Assembly (NCBI GenBank): GCA_038245295.1
Contig: JBBRSP010000010.1
Span: forward strand, 96,001-160,000
Direction: 5' to 3'
Origin: Candidatus Binatia bacterium
Lineage (GTDB): Bacteria > Desulfobacterota > Binatia > HRBIN30
DNA length: 64,000 nt
In this document: piece by piece, positions 61,165 through 64,000 of the stretch
Layout of the letters: each line of letters begins with the position of its first letter
Numbering within the stretch: the first letter of the stretch is position 1
Notes under the pieces: generated by a model
What the model saw: only the letters and a program-made list of their open reading frames with translations
Database searches by the model: none
What the model was told of the DNA's origin: nothing
Translations under genes and position numbers: made by a program

Positions 61165-63273
61165 TCATTCTCCGCTCACCCTGAGCGCGTCGAAGGGTGA
61201 CTGCGTCGCCGGATGGCGCAATACCAGATGCCCTTCCTCGCCGAGCGTCAGCCGCCAGCCCGGCGGGACAAACGTCGTGGCGCTGAATTCGGTGACCAGC
61301 AACGGACCACGCTGGTGCTTGCCCGGTACGAGTGAGTCGCGCCGGATCACCTGGGTTGGCCACCAGCGATTGTGCCAGCGCACGCGGCCGTGTGTGGGCG
61401 CTGATTTGATCGCGACGAGCGCGGTGGCGCGACCAGACACGGGTCGCGGCACGGCGGCGCTCAGACGCAGGCTGACGACCTCGATATCGCGTTGGCGATC
61501 GGCGTAGCCGTAGCGGCGTTCATGCAAGCTATGAAAGTCGCGCAGCGGATTGGCTCGCAGGGGAATGGCAAGCTCGTGGGCCTGGCCGATGTAGCGCATG
61601 TCGAGGCTGACGCGAATGTGCACTTTCGCCCGTGTTCCCGTCTGCTCGCGCATGTCGCGGCGGGCGCGCCGGATCAGTGGCGCCGCGGCAGCGCGTAGGC
61701 GTGCCGTTGTTGGGTTGATCCATCTCAGCGTGCGCACGTAGTCGCGCTGGATGTCGGCGCTGGCGGCACCGAGAGCCGATAGGACACCGGGATGGCGCGG
61801 GATTACCACCGTGGTCATGCCGAGTAGCTCGGCCAGATCACAAGCGTGCTGGCCGCCGGCACCGCCGAAGGCGATCAGCGCGTGTTCGCGTGGATCGACG
61901 CCGCGCTCGACCGACACCTGACGCAGGGCGCGCTCCATGCCGGCATTGACGACACGCACGATACCCTCCGCCGTGGCTTCGACACCTAGACCAATTTGCC
62001 GTGCGAGTGCGGCGATCGCTTTTCGAGAGCGGTCGACGTGTAACTTCATACGACCGCCGAGGAAGTTGTCGGCGGCGAGGCGCTGGAGAACAGCATTGGC
62101 ATCGGTCACCGTGGCGCGTGTGCCGCGGCCGTAACAGGCCGGCCCCGGATCGGCGCCGGCGCTTTCGGGTCCGACCTTCAAAGCGCCGCCGGCGTCGACG
62201 TAGGCTAGTGAACCACCGCCGGCGCCGACCGTATGAATATCGAGCGCCGGTACCTTGACCGGATGGCCGCCGATTTCCCACTGGTGGCGTAGAGGCATGT
62301 CGCCGGACAACAGGCTGACATCGGATGACGTGCCGCCCATATCGAAGGTGATGACGCGATCCAGGCCGAGCGCCTGCGCCACATGCCAGGCGCCGCGCAC
62401 GCCGCCGGCGGGGCCGGAGAGGCAGGTGCGCACCGCCTCGTGCGCCGCCAGGGCCGGTGTGATGGCGCCGCCATTCGATTGCAGGACAAACCAGCGGCGT
62501 TTGCCGAGACCCACGGCGAGGCGCTCCAAGTGACGGCTCATGACCGGACCGATGTAGGCATTGATCACCGTCGTGCTGCCGCGTTCGAACTCGCGATATT
62601 CGGCGACCAGCTCACTCGAGACACTGACGAAGATGTCGTGGCGGCGCAGCGCGGCGGCGAGCTGCTGTTCGTGTGCTGGATTGGCGTAGGAGTGCAGGAG
62701 GCAGATCGCTACGGCGTCGGCATTACGCCGGGCGAGCTTGGTGACTCGTTGTACTTCTGAAGCGGATAACCTCTGCAGCGCCGAACCGTCGAAGAGCATG
62801 CGCTCGCGGACACCGATGCGTTGGCGCCGCGCCACGAGCGGTTCGGCACGTTGCGGCTCGAGGGCGTAGAGATCCGGCCGGTTCTGGCGGCTGATCTCGA
62901 TGATGTCTTCAAAGCCGGCGGTCGTCAGCAGCGCGACGCGGGCGCCTTTGTGTTCGAGCAACGCGTTGGTGGCGACCGTCGAGCTGTAGGTCAGGGTGAA
63001 GTTGGGGGTCGGGCGGGGCATTCCGTCGTCGAACGTTGCCAGGAGCTGGTCCAGTCCCTCGAGAACGGCTCGCGACGGGTCGTCTGGTGTGGAGAGGACT
63101 TTGTGGAGATGGACGGCGCCGCGGTGCAGCGCGATCAGGTCGGTGAAGGTGCCGCCGGTGTCGATTCCGACCAACAGCGGAATGCCTCCCACCTTAGCCT
63201 CAGCCTGAGCCGTTGCCTTTGCCTTGTCAGACGTAGGCTTGGGCATTGGCTCGGGCTTAGTACTCCGGTTCAT
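61165..63273 (-). CDS. Hydantoinase A / oxoprolinase subunit
   Basis: GIDTGGTFTD, TTVINAY, SGPAGG, DMGGTSSDV, GAGGGS, AGADPGPACYG; exact start uncertain. Confidence 0.93.
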   Translation of the reverse strand: MNRSTKPEPMPKPTSDKAKATAQAEAKVGGIPLLVGIDTGGTFTDLIALHRGAVHLHKVLSTPDDPSRAVLEGLDQLLATFDDGMPRPTPNFTLTYSSTVATNALLEHKGARVALLTTAGFEDIIEISRQNRPDLYALEPQRAEPLVARRQRIGVRERMLFDGSALQRLSASEVQRVTKLARRNADAVAICLLHSYANPAHEQQLAAALRRHDIFVSVSSELVAEYREFERGSTTVINAYIGPVMSRHLERLAVGLGKRRWFVLQSNGGAITPALAAHEAVRTCLSGPAGGVRGAWHVAQALGLDRVITFDMGGTSSDVSLLSGDMPLRHQWEIGGHPVKVPALDIHTVGAGGGSLAYVDAGGALKVGPESAGADPGPACYGRGTRATVTDANAVLQRLAADNFLGGRMKLHVDRSRKAIAALARQIGLGVEATAEGIVRVVNAGMERALRQVSVERGVDPREHALIAFGGAGGQHACDLAELLGMTTVVIPRHPGVLSALGAASADIQRDYVRTLRWINPTTARLRAAAAPLIRRARRDMREQTGTRAKVHIRVSLDMRYIGQAHELAIPLRANPLRDFHSLHERRYGYADRQRDIEVVSLRLSAAVPRPVSGRATALVAIKSAPTHGRVRWHNRWWPTQVIRRDSLVPGKHQRGPLLVTEFSATTFVPPGWRLTLGEEGHLVLRHPATQSPFDALRVSGE

Positions 63274-63322
63274 TAGTTCGGCGACGCATTTCGCGGCTGT
63301 TCGGAAGCATCGGGCTCACGCG

Positions 63323-63400
63323 CCGCAGGCTGAAGCCTGCGCCTACCAGACTGAGTACGCACCCTAAAGCGGATCGGTAGGCGCAGGCTTTAGACTGCGG
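63323..63400. repeat. REP-like doublet, same family as 8291-8365
   Basis: CCGCAGGCTGAAGCCTGCGCCTACC and a near-perfect inverted copy. Confidence 0.8.
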
Positions 63401-63447
63401 AGGGCGGTTGCGGATACGTCACCGCATTTGTGCCGAACAGTACTTAG

Positions 63448-63795
63448 TTACGCCGCGGCGGCCGGTTTGCTCGGCTTCGCCTCGGATTTGCTTTCGGATT
63501 TGCTTTCGGACTTGCTCTCGCTTTTGGACTCCGACTTCGATTCCGACTTCGACTCGGACTTGGATTCACCGCTCGACTCGCTCTTCGAGTCGCCGTCTTT
63601 CTTGGAGCCGCCGGAGCCGGAGCGGCCGTAGTCGGTAATGTACCAGCCACTGCCCTTCAGTTGGAAAGACGTGTTGGAGATAAGCTTGGTGACCTTGCGC
63701 TTGCAGGTCGGGCACTTCTTCAGAGGTGGGTCGGTGATGCGTTGGGTGGTTTCGAACTCACCGCACTTGTCACAACGATATTCGTAAATTGGCAC
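63448..63795 (-). CDS. FmdB-family zinc-ribbon protein with an ESKS repeat tail
   Basis: [11 protein letters not shown]...CPTC...[19 protein letters not shown]. Confidence 0.92.
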   Translation of the reverse strand: MPIYEYRCDKCGEFETTQRITDPPLKKCPTCKRKVTKLISNTSFQLKGSGWYITDYGRSGSGGSKKDGDSKSESSGESKSESKSESKSESKSESKSESKSESKSEAKPSKPAAAA

Positions 63796-64000
63796 TGGTT
63801 AACCTCCGAACGATGGCCTGTGGGAGGGATTAACCACAGGCCATGGGTGTGTCAACGCGAATGGGCGGCGGTTTGGTGCAGCACGCCGCAAGCTAAAGCT
63901 AAGCTAAAGCTTGCGCCTACCGATCCACCGAGCAGTGCACCGCCAGAACGGCCTCGGCGGCGGCGACATCGGGCACGTCGATCTCGACGAGTTTGTTGCG

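Overview
GC-rich bacterial chromosomal window; gene content suggests a Deltaproteobacteria/Binatota-like host, which is an inference. Core genes lie at both ends: an MBL hydrolase, a transglutaminase-like protein, a di-haem cytochrome c, an alkyl sulfatase and ispH on the left, and a phasin-like gene, hydantoinase/oxoprolinase A and B and an FmdB-type protein on the right. Between them is a ~50 kb accessory island downstream of a minus-strand tRNA-Val(CAC) (58391-58464), bounded by a 43-bp copy of the tRNA 3' half at 8761-8803. No integrase is visible. The island is a decayed defence/toxin-antitoxin mosaic. It carries many TA modules, a WYL regulator, an ADP-ribose-removal cluster (ARH, bacterial PARG, phosphoesterase), a DUF6745 gene pair, IS21/IS1182/IS66 relics and a Sir2-like gene. 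It also holds a MADS-like remnant, a six-gene DUF499-PglZ-DUF1156-HNH-SNF2 BREX-related operon followed by ietAS, and an ECF sigma/anti-sigma-dockerin/cohesin/VIT-vWA operon. The best candidate for an undescribed system is a two-gene unit at 24142-27190: a lipoprotein with a bacterial-gasdermin-like sequence pattern next to a signal-peptide-bearing LysM-subtilase, i.e. a possibly exported gasdermin/protease pair. All family calls come from motif recognition by eye, not database searches.
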